Source: Microbotryum violaceum | Lineage: Eukaryota | Reading direction: 5' to 3' | Length of the DNA: 64,000 bases | NCBI GenBank assembly: GCA_001244265.2 | Contig: LN717261.1 | Location: 310,001 to 374,000, forward strand | Shown: positions 1 through 13,403 of the stretch, in pieces | Layout of the letters: each line of letters starts with the position of its first letter | Numbering within the stretch: position 1 is the stretch's first letter | Program-made: the position numbers and the translations under genes | The notes under the pieces: model-generated | What the model was told of the DNA's origin: nothing | Databases searched by the model: none | Seen by the model: the letters and a program-made list of their open reading frames with translations, nothing else

Positions 1-1005
1 GCGAGCTTGTATTTGCCGTACTTTTCCTTGTACGGCACGGCAGAGGATAGAGTCACCGGGGTGAATTTGAGCGAGGCGATGATGAGGTTGTGGAACACTT
101 TGGGCGATTGGATCTCCCAGCGTGCGCCTTGTAGTGAGGTCTGGTGCGATCCGGTCGTGGCGGCGCATCGGAAGGCGAGCAAGAGTTTCTTGAGCGAGCC
201 GATCGAGCGGGTCTGAGGAGGGAGAAACGTGATCAGTCCAGGGTTCGGACGCCTCAGGCTGACAAGACTAACCTGCAGGATGGATTTCTGCCATTTCCTG
301 AGAATTTCGTGCGTCAAGACGGGTGCTGGCTTCTCCTCCTTTTCGACTTTTTTGCCTCGCCTGTTGGTGTCTTCCTCATCCTCCTCGTCGTCGTCCTCAT
401 CGTGCTTCTCTTGGTCATCGTCGTCCTGCTCATCCTCATCCTCGTTGAACTGGAGCAACTCAGCGTCGTTCTCCTGCAAGTACTTGAAAAAGTCGGGGTT
501 CTTCTCGGCCAAAGCCTTGAGATCGGCGACGTGGGATCGTTTGCACGAGCGTGAAGCGGTCTCGTTGTCGGAATCGGAGCCGAGATTGGACAAGTCGTCG
601 TCTTCGAGGGCGAGATCATCGTCGTCGTCGTCGTCGTGGCCGCTCTGTGGGGGGAATAATGGTTTCAGTTTGGGCAAGGTCACCGAATCGCATTCTGCTG
701 TGACGGACCTGATCATCGTTCTGTAACCCATCGGCGCCCAAGACGTCCTCGACGTCGATCTCATCCTCGTCCTCATCCTCGCTATCCTTGGCTCGGTTAC
801 CCGCCTCTTCATCCAAACTGTCCTCTCCGTCGTCGTTGTCCCCGTCAGCTGGCTTTACCTCGTCAGCCCTCCTGTTCCTCTTGACCTGCCTCCCCTTCAC
901 TTTTTGTCTGAACGCCTTGACCTCGTGCCGTTTCTTGATCTGGCCGGACAAGAGCCCTTTTTTGAGGAACGCTTTCGTCTGTTTGCCTTTGGAGACTTTG
1001 CCCAT
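1..1005 (-). CDS. NOC2: Nucleolar complex protein 2 (5' part; continues beyond window start)
   Basis: ATG at 1005 (MGKVSKGKQTKAFLKKG), basic then acidic N-terminus. After GT-AG introns (~708-645, ~274-213) it reads LKALAEKNPDFFKYLQENDAELLQF and SLRKLLLAFRCAA, matching Noc2 motifs. Confidence 0.9.
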
Positions 1006-1148
1006 CTTGAACCGAGTGGACGGGGATGAATCAAGGAAGGCCGAGTGGGATGGGCTGGAGGAAGGGAGAGCGGAGGAGGAGGGGAGCCGAGTCTGAAACT
1101 CTGAAGCCCGAGCTCGGACGCTTCGCAGCCGGCAAGGCGAGGCGAGGG

Positions 1149-1181
1149 AGGACCCCCGAGAGCCCAGCCGGAGGCGCGTAG
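1149..1181 (+). repeat. Left TIR of P-like element
   Basis: AGGACCCCCGAGAGCCCAGCCGGAGGCGCGTAG versus reverse complement of the right end AAGACCCATGAAAGCCCAGCCTGAGGCGCGTAG. Confidence 0.85.
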
Positions 1182-1515
1182 TGCCGACTGGACAAATTGT
1201 GGGCCTCAGATGGGCCAAAATCGCCAAGGCGCGTAGTCGGGGGTGGACAAATCAGGGTGCGCCGGTGCGGATGGGGGCCTAGGCCCGTAGGTGCCAGTGG
1301 ACAAATCTCGGCCGATTTCAGCTACATTCGGCTTGGTGCGGCAAAGTTTGCCGACCCTCAAGAGCGTGCGGGAGCGCGCGCGAAACACTCTGGGCTATAC
1401 CGAATCAACAACAACGGCTCTAATTGTTCAATATTTGCAATGTAACCTCTTGGCTGGTTGAACGAAAAGTCCGAGTGCGCACGTCTCTTGCCTCCCCCAC
1501 CGCGTCGCGTCGTCT

Positions 1516-4500
1516 GTGCCATCATCGTCATTATCCTACGTTCTCGCTTCAGCCAGCTTCGACGAAATGTATCTAGACGATCCGGATATCGAGCTTCTTG
1601 ACGATGATTTCGAGCGAATGGCACCCTTGAACGTGAGGGTGTCTCGAGCTTCTCGCCTTCCGCTTCGACAGCCCACTGCAGACACCCAGATAACCCAGAT
1701 ACAGCTTTCATGGTCGACAGACGAGCCTCTCGAGTGTGATACTCTTCCTAGGCCGCTCGATGCTTGGACGGACAAGTTCAAGGATCGTGGAGCAATTACT
1801 GCGGCGCGTGAGCAAGGTTACCGGTCAATTGCTATCGCTGGGCACCGGCTGCCTTTCGGTGTCAAAAGGATTTGGCGGCATATAGACTACGCCGAGCGCA
1901 TGCGTTCGATCGTTATCAGTAGCCAAGAGTGGATGAAAACTTATCTGGGTGTCAACATCGAAGATCAGCCTCTCATCGTCAAGGCTCTGGAGGTGCTGCC
2001 GTCATTAATCGTTGAGGAGCAATATACTCCCTCAATGATCCTCGGGTGTAGCGCGTCCTTGCGCACGCTGCTCGATTTCGTCGGTAAGTAGCCATTTTGT
2101 TTGCTTGTTCGATCGCGTGATTGACTGGGACTATTCTTCGTGCTTTTCCTAGGGACAACGTGGCTTGGAGAAACCGCGATGGACGTTGCCATCGCCAGCG
2201 TACTAGCTTCATTGCGAGTAGAAGCGTCGACAGCACCTGACAAGGTGTACGGGGCATTCCCATCCGACCTCATGGCGATTTTGGTCGCGTCAAAAAAACA
2301 TCACCCTGACTCTCCTCAACGTGATGTTCTCGACAAATACACCTTCACATCACCGCGTGTTCCCTAACGAACTCTCGCCGATCTTCGATCTTTCGTTCGA
2401 GCACGCCCTCAATCGATCTGGTTTCTCCCGCTCTGCTTTCGCAATCATTGGGCAATGGCACGTGTTGATGTTGAACAAAGGACATGGTCGGTTTTCAACT
2501 CGCTCTCGAATGTTCGGATCGACGAGATTACTCCTAACTCGGCACTCGCCTTATTTGACTACCTCGAGCTACGAATTCTCAACACTGAGCCGAAGCAAGG
2601 CCGCATGGTTCAACAGGCTGACAGCTTCTCGTGCGGACCAGCGGCTATCAATGTCGTCGAAACCGAACTTCTTTCGGTTCCACCTTTCTCTGCCGGTCGC
2701 GCTCATATCTCTCGCATTCGCCAGTTTCACCGACTAGCAACATTCGCAATCAAATCTCAAGATCTCACCCATGACTTGCCCGCGCCCATTGCCGGCATAG
2801 ACAAGAACGATTTGGACGTTGGTGTGTTCGAGGAGATGGTCGAGATGGTTGACGAGGAGACATGGTCCGAGATATGCTTCAGCTCAGATTCCGAGACGGA
2901 CGACGATTACACCACGGACGACGATTGCACCACAGACGACGAAACTCCGAAGCCGGGGGAATCAATCACAGCACGACGAGCCAGACTAGCCAAGGAGCAT
3001 CTTAAAGACATCGAATACTCGAAGGCTCGCCCCGCAGCATTTGCTGAATTCAAGGCGAAGGTCAAGCAGCTCTGCCCAGGTTCGGACGTGAAGATTGCGA
3101 ATCCCAGAACGGTACAGTGCGGTCGCTGTCGTACATATCACAAGATGAAGACACGGCACGGCGTCACTCGCTTCATGAGGCATATTAATCAAAACCCGCC
3201 GTGCACGAACATGCGCAAGATCGACCACTACTTTGCTGTTCGACCGCCCGCGGAAACGGCTGTCCGGTCGCAAGGCAAAACCCTGGAAGATTCTCCCCTG
3301 TGTCCCGGCCTGACAGGCAAGCGGGTAGAGCGATACCTCTCAAAGAGCTCTGCTCGAGGTGGAGGTGCACCATCTCGGCTAAAGCTCATCAAGAGAAGGT
3401 TCCCAAGACTTGGCAAACGTGTGTGCTGATTCCCTCCGAACGCCGTGAGATCAATAATCTGGAAGCGAACGAGTGGATGTGGGTGAACGATCATTCAGCA
3501 CCTCGAGTGAACAGTATCGACTGTACCAAGATCGGAGTGGAGTCTCAATGTGGAACAAAATCGCAGCCTTGCGCCAAATGCAAGGCACTGCTTCGCACGA
3601 AAGCCTTTCCACAGGCGTTATATCGGCCTCGGGCTGTCGGACCCACAATCAAGTTCACGAATAAACGATTGGCTTCCGTCGACGCTCTGATGTCAAAGGT
3701 TTTCAAGGAACACCAAGGTCTGGAGGAACTCTTGGGGACCAAGGATGGCAAGATCTATCTTCGTTACGCCCAAGGTTTAATTGTCGGCGAGCTTGCTGGA
3801 GCAAATATTCTGAAAGGTATGGCAAAAGTTGCCGTGATCAAGCATAGGCGAAACGCACAAGGCAAGGACATGAGAGGCTATGTGCGAGACGAAGCTTTGC
3901 TCGACTTTGAACACGCGCTGGCTCTGGCATCTCCCACGGCCTTGCGCGTGGTGCAAAAAACAATTGGAGGAATCTCGATGCGCACACTTCAGTAAGTTTC
4001 AGACCTGAGCTATCCGTCACTCCTTCAAGCTACTGACAATCACAAACCTCTCAGACAACACCGAGCCACATTTGAAAAGCCCAGGTTCGGCTTAGATGAG
4101 CCCCACATGCAGCGCGTTGTCCAAAAGATCCTTTCGGATGGAAAGACCTTCAACCTGCATGTCGACGACACGAAACTGCGGCAAGTAATCAAGACAACAC
4201 GGATTTATTCGAAGGACAAGGAGGCGGAAGCTCGCCTGCGCGGCCAGAAAATCTTTCGTCACGAGCTCATTGGCATGGTTGGCCCGCCAATCGTGTATGA
4301 AACCACGCGGGAGCTCGAGGGTATCTTTTGGGGACCGAACCCTCCGATCGCTGGCACCAAAGTCGGTGACTATGTCTGCGCGGCGCTTTGATTGGATGCT
4401 CATTTGCTGGCGCTTCTGTGAATAGGTTCGAGTGTACATGCTTGCACCAAACGATGTCTCTTGCCCAGCCCAATACCTTGCCGCATTCGTGATTGGCGAC

Positions 4501-7367
4501 TCGACGAGCTCATCCGAGGCTGCGGATGAATTGGAATCAGTTATTCAATTCCTTGTCAACGCTGGGCTAGGTCATCTTCTTGCCTCCATCTCGGCGGATG
4601 GGGCGGCAAGCGAAGGCGTCTTGCAGCGCGTCATGGCAGAGCGACTTGGCGGCGATGAGGGGTATACCGGAGAGGGGAACCGTCGGCGAGAGCTCGCACA
4701 TGTCATTCCATCTCCAGGTCCCGACAAAGTCTTCCCAGCCATTCGACTGGCATCCGTTCAAGTGGGCAACACTCCAACGTGCTTCAATCGGGACGAAAAG
4801 CACTTGAGCAAAAATCTCCGCAGCGCGTGCGATTCAGGCGCCAGGGCAATATACGGCCCGGATGCATCGGATATCGTGAGCTGTTGACGCTGCTCGACGT
4901 CGAAGAGTCGACAAGGACCTTGTATCTACGCGATGTGATTGGACGTAATCGTCAAGATGACAATGCGACGCATCGAGCGTTCTCCGAAGCTACTCTCACG
5001 CTTGCTTGCCGACTTCACGAGGACGGCAGAGTCGATGCCGATGCCATCGTCTTCCTCTTTCTCTGCGGCGAGCTTCATGACTCGGTACAAAATAGGTCAT
5101 TTCAGCCGATTGAACGTATCAAGATGCTATTAATGGTTCGTTATACGTTTGAGGGCTCGTTGACCTTCGTGCGCATTCGTCCCGGGTACAACGCGCAGTC
5201 CTTTGTAGCCAAGGAGACCCTAGATGGTATGCGAAAGGTCGTCGATACAAACATCGCCCTTATTTGGAACTACCGCGACTTTTGGCCGGAAGAAGCGTTC
5301 ATACCTTGGCGACATGGTACGGAGATGGTCGAGCATTTTTTTGGCGGTTTGCGCAAACTCGTGCAAGAATTTGATGCTTTAGAATTCCTGCAGGTAAGTC
5401 ATCTTTTGTTTCATGGTTTCACGTGAGCTACTGCTTGTAAAGCTTATATTTTTGGGCCTTTAGTCGGCAAGCAAAGTTACTGCGCTCCTAGGATTGATGC
5501 GAAAGTTCAAAACAGAGACCGCAGGCTCGCGGCAAGGCTACCATCACACGTATGACAGGCTCGACGATCTCGACCTCGTCGCAATGCGGACTCATCCAAA
5601 CGATGAAGAGATTCGATCCACAAGCTTGGTTGCTGCAGGACTTGCAAAAGAGCTCCTTCTTGGTCTTCGAATCTGGGATACCATACATTATCAGAAGTCC
5701 AACCAGGTAGAGGAAGAGATACCGGTCAATGGTGGGTGTCGCAAGCTTGTGGCTTCGTTTTGAGCAAAGCTGATTGATGCCGCCCCTTACAGCTAGTGAA
5801 CCTTGGCATTTCGAGCCCGAGGACACTGAGCCGGTTTCGTACCTCGCTGACCTAGATCGGACCCTCAATGGGATCCGAACCAAAACGTGCCAAGGTCTCG
5901 TCGTGCTGGACCCGAAAGAGCGAAAGTCAGTTGAAAATGCTGTTCGCTCTTTAGCTGCTCTTGGCCTTGACAATGATGCTGCACTGTAAGTTGAGTGCTT
6001 GAGACCTGTGCCAGCCTCATCCAAGCTGATGGTACGTCTCTTTCAATTCTAGGCTTGCCGTTCAGCAGGTCTATGATGAGGCCGATGCTCAAGCAGAGGA
6101 ACGCTTTCTACTCGACGCCATTGAGACAGCAAATGAAAGCTTGCCAGGTCGTGTGGGTTCATTTAAGCAGCAACTGTCTTCTTGCAGAACCACTAAACAG
6201 AACCAGCACTCTCTCACAGGCTCAAATTCTTCGGCTCCCATCCCTTCTGCGTCACGACACTCCTCGTCAGTTTGCGCTTGATCTGAAAAGCTTGATTGAG
6301 CACCGTCGGGCCCATCAAAGTGCCCACCTCAAGGCTGTCCTACTCAAGGGAAGGCACGGCGCCCCCACCTCGACTGCCCAAGATTTCGATCCCACATCAA
6401 AAGCGCAATTGTCCGAGCACGGTGAAGTGCACTCCAGTGTCCTCCGAGGCTTAGTGCAATCAATGGGTGCAGCCCGTCTCGAAGCTGTGTCAGGAGTTGC
6501 GAGGTCCATTCGTTGGACAGGACAAGGGACCTTCAGTCGCTTTTCGACCGCAAACGAGACAGACAACATAGGATACATCGAAGACGGACGTAAAGAAGTG
6601 AGCTACAATCGTGTGCTGTGCACATATCGCCCAGAGAGTGCTCATCAATAATGTTCATTCTTGCCCAGGTACGGATGCAATTGCGAGCAAGGCAATACAC
6701 TGTATTCGCCAAGATCCCAACGTTTGGGTCGATTGACGGAAACGTCACGTCAGCCATGCCTTTGAAAATCGGCTCTCTTGTCTGCTTCGGATTGAAACAA
6801 GGCATCATACCTATCAGTTGTGACGCCAGCAACATAGGAGAAGAACAATTGTCCATTGGACTTGGTTTGTGCATCTCACTGTAGCTAGCTTACTGCTTTG
6901 CAGAGTGACTGACATCGATTTTACCTCTCGTAGTACGTTACATGTATGCCAAGGCCACGTCAAATCATTGTGACAGAGCGGAGACCGACTCCCCCGCATT
7001 ACTCTCGAATGTCGTCCTCCAAGAATTACGAGTTGTGAGCAAGGACCGTTATTCAACGCATATGATTGACGGCACCACTCGCTTCTTTGGACTCGATGCT
7101 CGACAAGTTATTCAATCCTTGGAATCATCCTCAACGCCCGCCCTCACTCTCGCACCCCAGGATTCAGTCGCATACCTCGGGGAGCGTGTCTTCGACTTAA
7201 GCCAGCAGGCTGAGGCAAGGTTCTGTTTTCTTCGACGCTGCAACGGATTACGGAACGCTTCTGTGTCCTTGAATAATCAAATGAAGGGTGTGAAAGATGT
7301 AGGGTCAAAAAGGAAGGCAGCAAGTGCAGGTGAGGAGCCCTCAGCCAAGCAGAACCGAACTGGCTGA
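1516..7367 (+). pseudogene. Spliced, disrupted gene: Ulp1/C48-like peptidase followed by Cys-rich region and P/THAP9-like DDE transposase
   Basis: Protease motifs WLGETAMD, FLPLCFRNHW (His 2446), FNSL, QQADSFSCG (Cys 2632). Transposase motifs HVDDTKLR, SADGAASE, RDEKHLSKNLR, RQDD, TEMVEHFFGGLRK. Frameshifts or stops near 3429, 4391 and 4887. Confidence 0.75.
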
Positions 7368-7581
7368 CACGCGCGCGTGCTCCGCCGATTCGGCCCGAGC
7401 GAAAAACGTCCGAACGGCGTTTTTGCGATTTTTGGAGATGTTTTAGAGCATTTGAAGCAATTCTAGAGCTATTTTTCGAGGCGCGTAGATGGACTGGACA
7501 TTTTGGGGACCTTTTTGGCCGAAAATCCCAAAAAATAGTGGACAAATGAGGTCCAAAATCGGCGATTTTCCCGGATTTTAC

Positions 7582-7614
7582 CTACGCGCCTCAGGCTGGG
7601 CTTTCATGGGTCTT
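7582..7614 (-). repeat. Right TIR of P-like element
   Basis: Reverse complement of 1149-1181 with 5 mismatches; followed by the TSD GGCGAGGG. Confidence 0.85.
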
Positions 7615-7642
7615 GGCGAGGGGCGAGGGGCTTCGACTGGCT

Positions 7643-7701
7643 TTAGGGCTCTTTATTATGGGTATTAGGGCTCTTTGATAGGGCTCCTTAGAGAGCTTTA
7701 G
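7643..7701. repeat. Degenerate tandem TAGGGCTCTTT-like units upstream of RPA49
   Basis: About four copies: tagggctcttt, tagggctcttt, tagggctcctt, tagagagcttt. Confidence 0.5.
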
Positions 7702-7831
7702 CGCCTCTCCGCCTCTCCGCCAGTCTCCGCCTGCCTCCGCGCTTCGCAGCGACCGGCTTCAGCTGGCGCCTCGAGCCGGGCTCGTTCGCTCCCTCTAGCA
7801 TCGCCAGCGCACCCACACTTTTCACCTCACC

Positions 7832-9529
7832 ATGGCGTCCTCGGTGGCTTCGACGTCCAAGAAGCGCAAGTCGAGTACAGGACAAGCGATCGCGGTTGCT
7901 TACCACCGTCCTGAACGAGGCCAAGTCGCTTCCATTCTAGGTCAGTTCCAAGCAGCGCACCCTGTCTAAACCCCCCCTCCTCGTGTGGACTGGCTCACGC
8001 CTATGTCGCTCACCCAGGCATGTTCCCCTCGACTCGACCGTCCCCCTCCACCCCCTTTGACCTCTACACACCGGACGGTCAACCGCCTTCGCTCAGCTCA
8101 GCTCACCTCGTCGTCGCCGAGACGGACGCGATCGAATTCGAGTCGACCACACGTCACCAAGCCCAGGTGCGCCTACTCGACGCCTCCGAGGAAGCCGCCT
8201 CCTATTCCCAGTCGCTCTTGGCTGAACCCGATTCCGCGCAATACCTCATCGGCATCCACGACCCTCTCACCAACTCCCTCGTACTCCACTCGGCCCCCTT
8301 GCACATCTTTCACCCCACCATAAAGTCCCTCAAACCACTCCCCCACGACCCTTCCCATCCCTCCGCGTCTTCCCTCTTCTCCGCGCAACGGGCAGCATTG
8401 GGAGCCACGTTCGGCACCAAGAAGGCGCAACGTCAACTCAACGCCCAAGAGAGGAACAAGCTTTCCGAATCGAGCTACGGCGACTCGGTCCGCTCGAAGC
8501 ACCTCCAATCCCATCTGCAGCAAACAATCGTCGACAACTCGGTGAGTCTACCCGATCGTGCACAGATCGAATTGAGTGCGAATGTCGAGAGAGCGACCAT
8601 TCCGACGTTGGACTTGCACGCGGCCAAGGTCGACGATGTCTATCCGCTCGACGGGATCGTCTCCAAGAACGAATTGGCTTCCATCGGGATCGAGAGCTTT
8701 GTCGACGCTCTTCCCCCTGTCGAAGATAAACCTGTCGAAGAGGAGGAGGAACACCCAACGCCGGAAACACCCAACAGTGCCAACCCTCGCCGACGGACCA
8801 CCCACTCCAAACGCTCGGATCCCCTCAAAACCCGTCTGTCGTTCCTTCCCTTTCGCAAAAGTCGCTTCGTCAACGATCGCGTTCGTCGTCTCCTCTCCTC
8901 TCACTCCGAAGACGTCGCCTCGTCAATCCAACTCGGTAAAAAGGACAAGGAGAAACTCCGTCTCTTGGTCTACCTTTCGATCCTCTTGCAATTCCGTCAA
9001 ACGATCCGATTCGGAGGCACGGCTTCTCTCGCCCGGCCTAAACTTACCGAACGTCTAGGTCCTCTCTTCTCTTCGCCCATCATCATCGATGGTCTGTTGG
9101 AAAAGTTCACCGAATTGCATCGCGGTGGTTTGGGCGGCGGTGCGGAACAGGTCAAGATGAAGATGACGAGTACGATGGAGACCAAGCTCTTGTCGTTCGT
9201 GTTGGTCTTGTGCCTCAGGATTGACAGTTATGCGACCGATGTCGGCATGATCGCGCACGATCTCGGCACCGGCGCAAAGAGGTAGGCTCACCTCGCATAA
9301 GCTTGGTTCTTCCTACAATCAACTGACACGCTCTCCTCTTTCACTCAGGGTTGGCGAGGTGTTCCGTTCCCTCGGCTGTCAACTCCATACCCCTTCCCCT
9401 GCCGAAAGGGAACGTCTCCTCGCCGCCAAAATCGTCAAGACCAGTTCCGAAGCGAAGAGTAGGAAACAGGCCGTGTTGAGGATCCCGCTCGAGTTCCCGC
9501 AGGATACGAGGAACGTGAACAAGCGATGA
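7832..9529 (+). CDS. RPA49: RNA polymerase I subunit A49 (RPA49/PAF53)
   Basis: ATG 7832; introns ~7941-8018 and ~9282-9348. Motifs QYLIGIHDP, RAALGATFGTKKAQR, IPTLDLHAAKVDDVYPL, EVFRSLGC, AVLRIPLEFP; TGA 9527-9529. Confidence 0.9.
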
Positions 9530-9751
9530 TGACGGCGAAGGGGAGGGAGGTACGCTTTGACAGTGCAGCTTTGGTTTTACATAATGCAGGACATCTGTTT
9601 CTCGTGGAGGGTCGCTGCAAAGTGAGAGACTACTGCATTCCATTTCAATAGATTAAAGAGAGAGCAAACCGATTTGCGTCAAAACGAGTGTAGAATGTCT
9701 TTCTAACGCCTCCCCATCCCAACCCAAACAAGAGATCCCACTCCACTCCAC

Positions 9752-12700
9752 TCAGGGGGCAACCAAATACTTGCCCGCCACCACCGCCTTCCTCACCTCC
9801 TTGAACCCCTCCCCCTCCATCTCCACCCCGACCTCACTCAGCAACCTCCCCCTGATCGCCCATTTCACCGCCAAAGGCTGTGCCCAACACTGCGCGTCCG
9901 TTCCCACACTTGCCAACAACTTCTTCTCCTCCGTCGTCGGACCCGATTCGAATGGTTCGGGCAGGCTGAAGATCAACCGATGTGTATCAGCATGCCATTT
10001 CGCCACAGCAGGTTTAGCTTGCACAGTCGAAACGTTCGCCACCAAGGGAACCGAAAATTCGAGATCCCTCAAAGGCTCCTCTTCGTCCTCACCGAAGGGA
10101 CTCGACGAGGAGGAAGGTAAAACGTTGGCTTTGTAGCTGATGATCAACTTCGTTTGCGTCGGTTCGCATTTCCACAACACCTTTACCGAAAGCGGGTTGT
10201 AGCCAAATTCTTGACCGGCACCGATACGGACTTGGTATTTGAGTACGACGACGGTCGAGCCGTGTTGTGCGGCTAGAGCAGGCAGAACTTTGAATTCGCC
10301 GGGGAATCCACCGGCAACTGGGGAGATGTACGTCGTGTTGGGGGTCGCCTTTTCGAATTGGTCGAATCGCGCGATGCGGAAGCGGAGTGGCGAGGCCGCC
10401 GTTGCGGACGAGTCGGCGCGGTAGGATAGATGAACCTCGCCGGTGATCATGACCCGAGTCACTTCACCACCTTTGGAAAGGACGTTCACGGTCTCGACGA
10501 TGTTCGCGCGCAACCGAGGGGAGGCCTCGTGCTCGAAAGGATCGGCCGCACCAACGAAGCGAGACGTTGTCGATATCATTGACATGGCCCGGTCGGACGA
10601 CATCGTAGGTGATCCGACGCGGTTCAACGCCGAGGGGGCAAAGACCGTCGTTGCTGCGGCGGGTGAGGCCGACGACGAGCCCAACGATGTCTCGCGTGAT
10701 TGATGTTGTCGCTCGACGGCTTGGGCCACGGGGATCTCATCGGCGATTATCGGCGAAGTGGCTCCGGAGAGCCCGGGCATCGACGACAAACGGTTGATAT
10801 CTCGACGACCGCGAGTCGTTCGGCGACTCAGACTCGAAGCCGGGCCCGACGAGAGCAGCGTCGATTGCACCTTTTCGAGCGCGGCTTGACGATCGCTTTC
10901 GGCTTCGGTGATGATGGCCGGAGCAAGAGCCACGGCGGGGGCTTGAGAAGAGCTTTGCAAGGGCGCAGCAGTGTCGGCAGCTTCGTCGTCGTCATCATCA
11001 TCCATCAGGTTCGAGCCTTGCGCCGTTCGTTCCCACGGCTGCTTGTCGTAGCCAGCCGGAGGAACCGAGTACCCTTCCTCATCAACAGTCGCGCCATTGC
11101 TGCTCGTCGGTTCTTGTAGTGGCTCGTCTCTACCCGAGCCACTTGCTCCCTGCCCGCCATCCTTGCTACCGCTGCCCATCCTGGCCGACGATGCCCGTCG
11201 GAAGAGGCCGCCGGTACCACCTGGCATTAAGCTATCGCGATTCTGGGTCGACGCCGTGGGCATGATGGGGGCTTGCATCGCACCCGCGCTTGCAGAACCA
11301 CCCATCAGACTGCTCGATCCACTAGCCGTGCGGTCCAACCGGGGGGCATGAGGAGCCAGAAGGGACGAGCGCGTCGCCGCTTCGGGTCGACTAACGACTG
11401 ACGCCGAATCACGAGATTCGATCGACTGACGGTCCGCAGAGCCTCGGTACTGGTTGCTGGTTTCGATAGTACCGTATTTGGAAGAGGCGGCTCCTGACGA
11501 TCCCTTGTCGCGCTTAAAGACCTTTGAGAACTTGAAGCCTCCGCCGGACTTTTTCGGTGCAGCCGGGGAGGGGAGGGGCAGAGGGGCGACGGGAGGGGGT
11601 GCAGATCGAGCATTGGCTAAGGTAGGCCGTTCGATGTCAATCATCAGCTATACAGCCTTTTTATCCTGCGTATCTGGCGGACTCGGCACTCACAAGGAGC
11701 TCGCATTCGATCCTGGGTCTGCGCTGGCGGAGCCAGAGGTGGAGGCGGAGCCTGAATCGGCTCCTCGGCAATAGATTGCTCTCGGATCGCGCCGCCATAC
11801 CCGGATGCACCCGTGGCGGACGTGGCTCCAAACTCGTTCGTGCTTTGAACACCGCTCGCAGCCGCGGATCCACCACCCGAGGCCTTCATGCCTTCTCTCA
11901 AGCTCCAGCCCTGGATCTCGGCCTGTTCATCGACGCCGAGCACGGTGTTGAGCAGACCTTCGCCGGCTTCCATTCGGTCACGCCCAAGATCGGACGTAAA
12001 CGTTCCGGATCGGATGAGAGCCTCCTTGAGGAAGAGCTGGTGCGATTCATCAAGCTTTTGCGAGGTGTCGAGGAAAGCCGGCATAGCCGACTTGAGAGAT
12101 GAACCGAGCGTGGCCAAGTGGGCCTGGGAGGTCAGAAGCTTGGTCGAAGTGGACCCTGCCGGTTTTGTTCCTTGATGGCTAGAAGCCTTTGAGGATGTAA
12201 AGGGAAGCAAATTGTCGACAGGGGCCAAGACAGTGTACGAATTTCGGATGACGGCACGAAGCGGGTGAGACACAGATGAGATGCGAGAGGAGCGGCGGGG
12301 AAGTAACGTAGCGGATGAGGTCAGTCTTAGCCCGGACCCTGAACCAAACATAAGCAATAGAATACTGTGACTGCTACTGACCTTTTGCACCTTGTCAAGC
12401 GTGCTCTCGTACTCTCGGACGGTCGAGCCGAGCGACGCCTCGCCCTCCTGCCAGCGAGCCCACTCTGGCTTGGACAAGCTCTGTCGCAACGGAGTCTCGA
12501 CCTCTTCGACCGTCTTCCTCCTCCACGTCTCGTGCTGCTGGGCCAGTTCATTGACCTCGACCTCGAGACGCACGCGGACGACATGCCATGCTCCGAGTTG
12601 ACGCTGGCGCTCACGGGAATCGAGGCCGAGCTCGTCGATGCTGGCAAAGACCGTGTGCGAGCCCGCCTGGTGCAGTCGAATCGAGAGCTTCTGCAACGAC

Positions 12701-12855
12701 TTGACATATGCATCTTCAACCAATGCCCGCTCGTGGTAGTAGGATGCAAGGTCTTGCGTCAACGCACGAGCGAGCGACAGTCGGGCGGTGACGGCATGGT
12801 ACGGCGCACCGGACCGAGCATTCACGAACGAGTCCTGGTAGATGGTCGACGACAT
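9752..12855 (-). CDS. SYP1: Muniscin (Syp1/FCHo-like): N-terminal F-BAR, Ser/Pro-rich linker, C-terminal mu-homology domain
   Basis: LASYYHERALVEDAYVKSLQKL (F-BAR); ANIVETVNVLSKGGEVTRVMITGEVHLSY, LKYQV, WKCEPTQT and the AGKYLV terminus (muHD). Introns near 12381-12180 and 11690-11650. Confidence 0.8.
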
Positions 12856-13352
12856 GATATGACCGGATATATGGTGGTATCGACAATGGGGACAGGAGTA
12901 GAAGTAGGTCAAGCGGATGCGGCCAGGGCCGTGCGATCGGGATCGTCACGCTCGATGCTCGAAAGTGCTAAGTGAATGCAGTCGACGGGGCCTCAGAAGT
13001 GGGGAAATATGAGGCGGGAGGTGCACCGGCGGGGGGGGGCCGCGGGCTGAGTACAGTGCGATACGAGCTCTGACGGGCACAGGTCAAGTCACTTTGGGGA
13101 TATGCACACTTAGTGCTGGGTTTAAGTGTGCTGGGTTGGGGTCGTGCCCACGTGGTATCGAGCAACCGGAGAAGGTGGACTTGCACGGTGGAGGGCAGGG
13201 GGGCAAGGGAAAGAGCTAAAGAGAGTGCCGGCCGCCCTGATCGGCTGAGCTGCGTCATATGCGCGAATATGGGCGCGCATAGACCGCGTAGATGGGTACG
13301 AGGGGCTGACACCTCAGGCGTACCTTCAAAGTTACAGCCTAGACCGCGCGCG

Positions 13353-13403
13353 CGAGCGCGCCAAAAACCTCGATCCTCAGCGGGTTTCACACTGGGGTCG
13401 GTC
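13353..13403 (+). repeat. Outer half of left inverted repeat of the KDZ element
   Basis: CGAGCGCGCCAAAAACCTCGATCCTCAGCGGGTTTCACACTGGGGTCGGTC is the reverse complement of ~50675-50725 with 2 mismatches. Confidence 0.9.

Larger units (their letters stand above)
1149..7614 (+). mobile_element. P-element/THAP9-like DNA transposon with Ulp1-like protease domain
   Basis: Imperfect 33-bp TIRs (1149-1181 / 7582-7614) flanked by the identical 8-mer GGCGAGGG (1141-1148 and 7615-7622). Internal transposase motifs and subterminal TGGACAAAT and GCGCGTAG repeats at both ends. Confidence 0.8.

Noticed and set aside
7643-7701. Interstitial telomere (TTAGGG) remnant
   Set aside because: The TTAGGG units are not tandem; they are part of a longer spaced motif.
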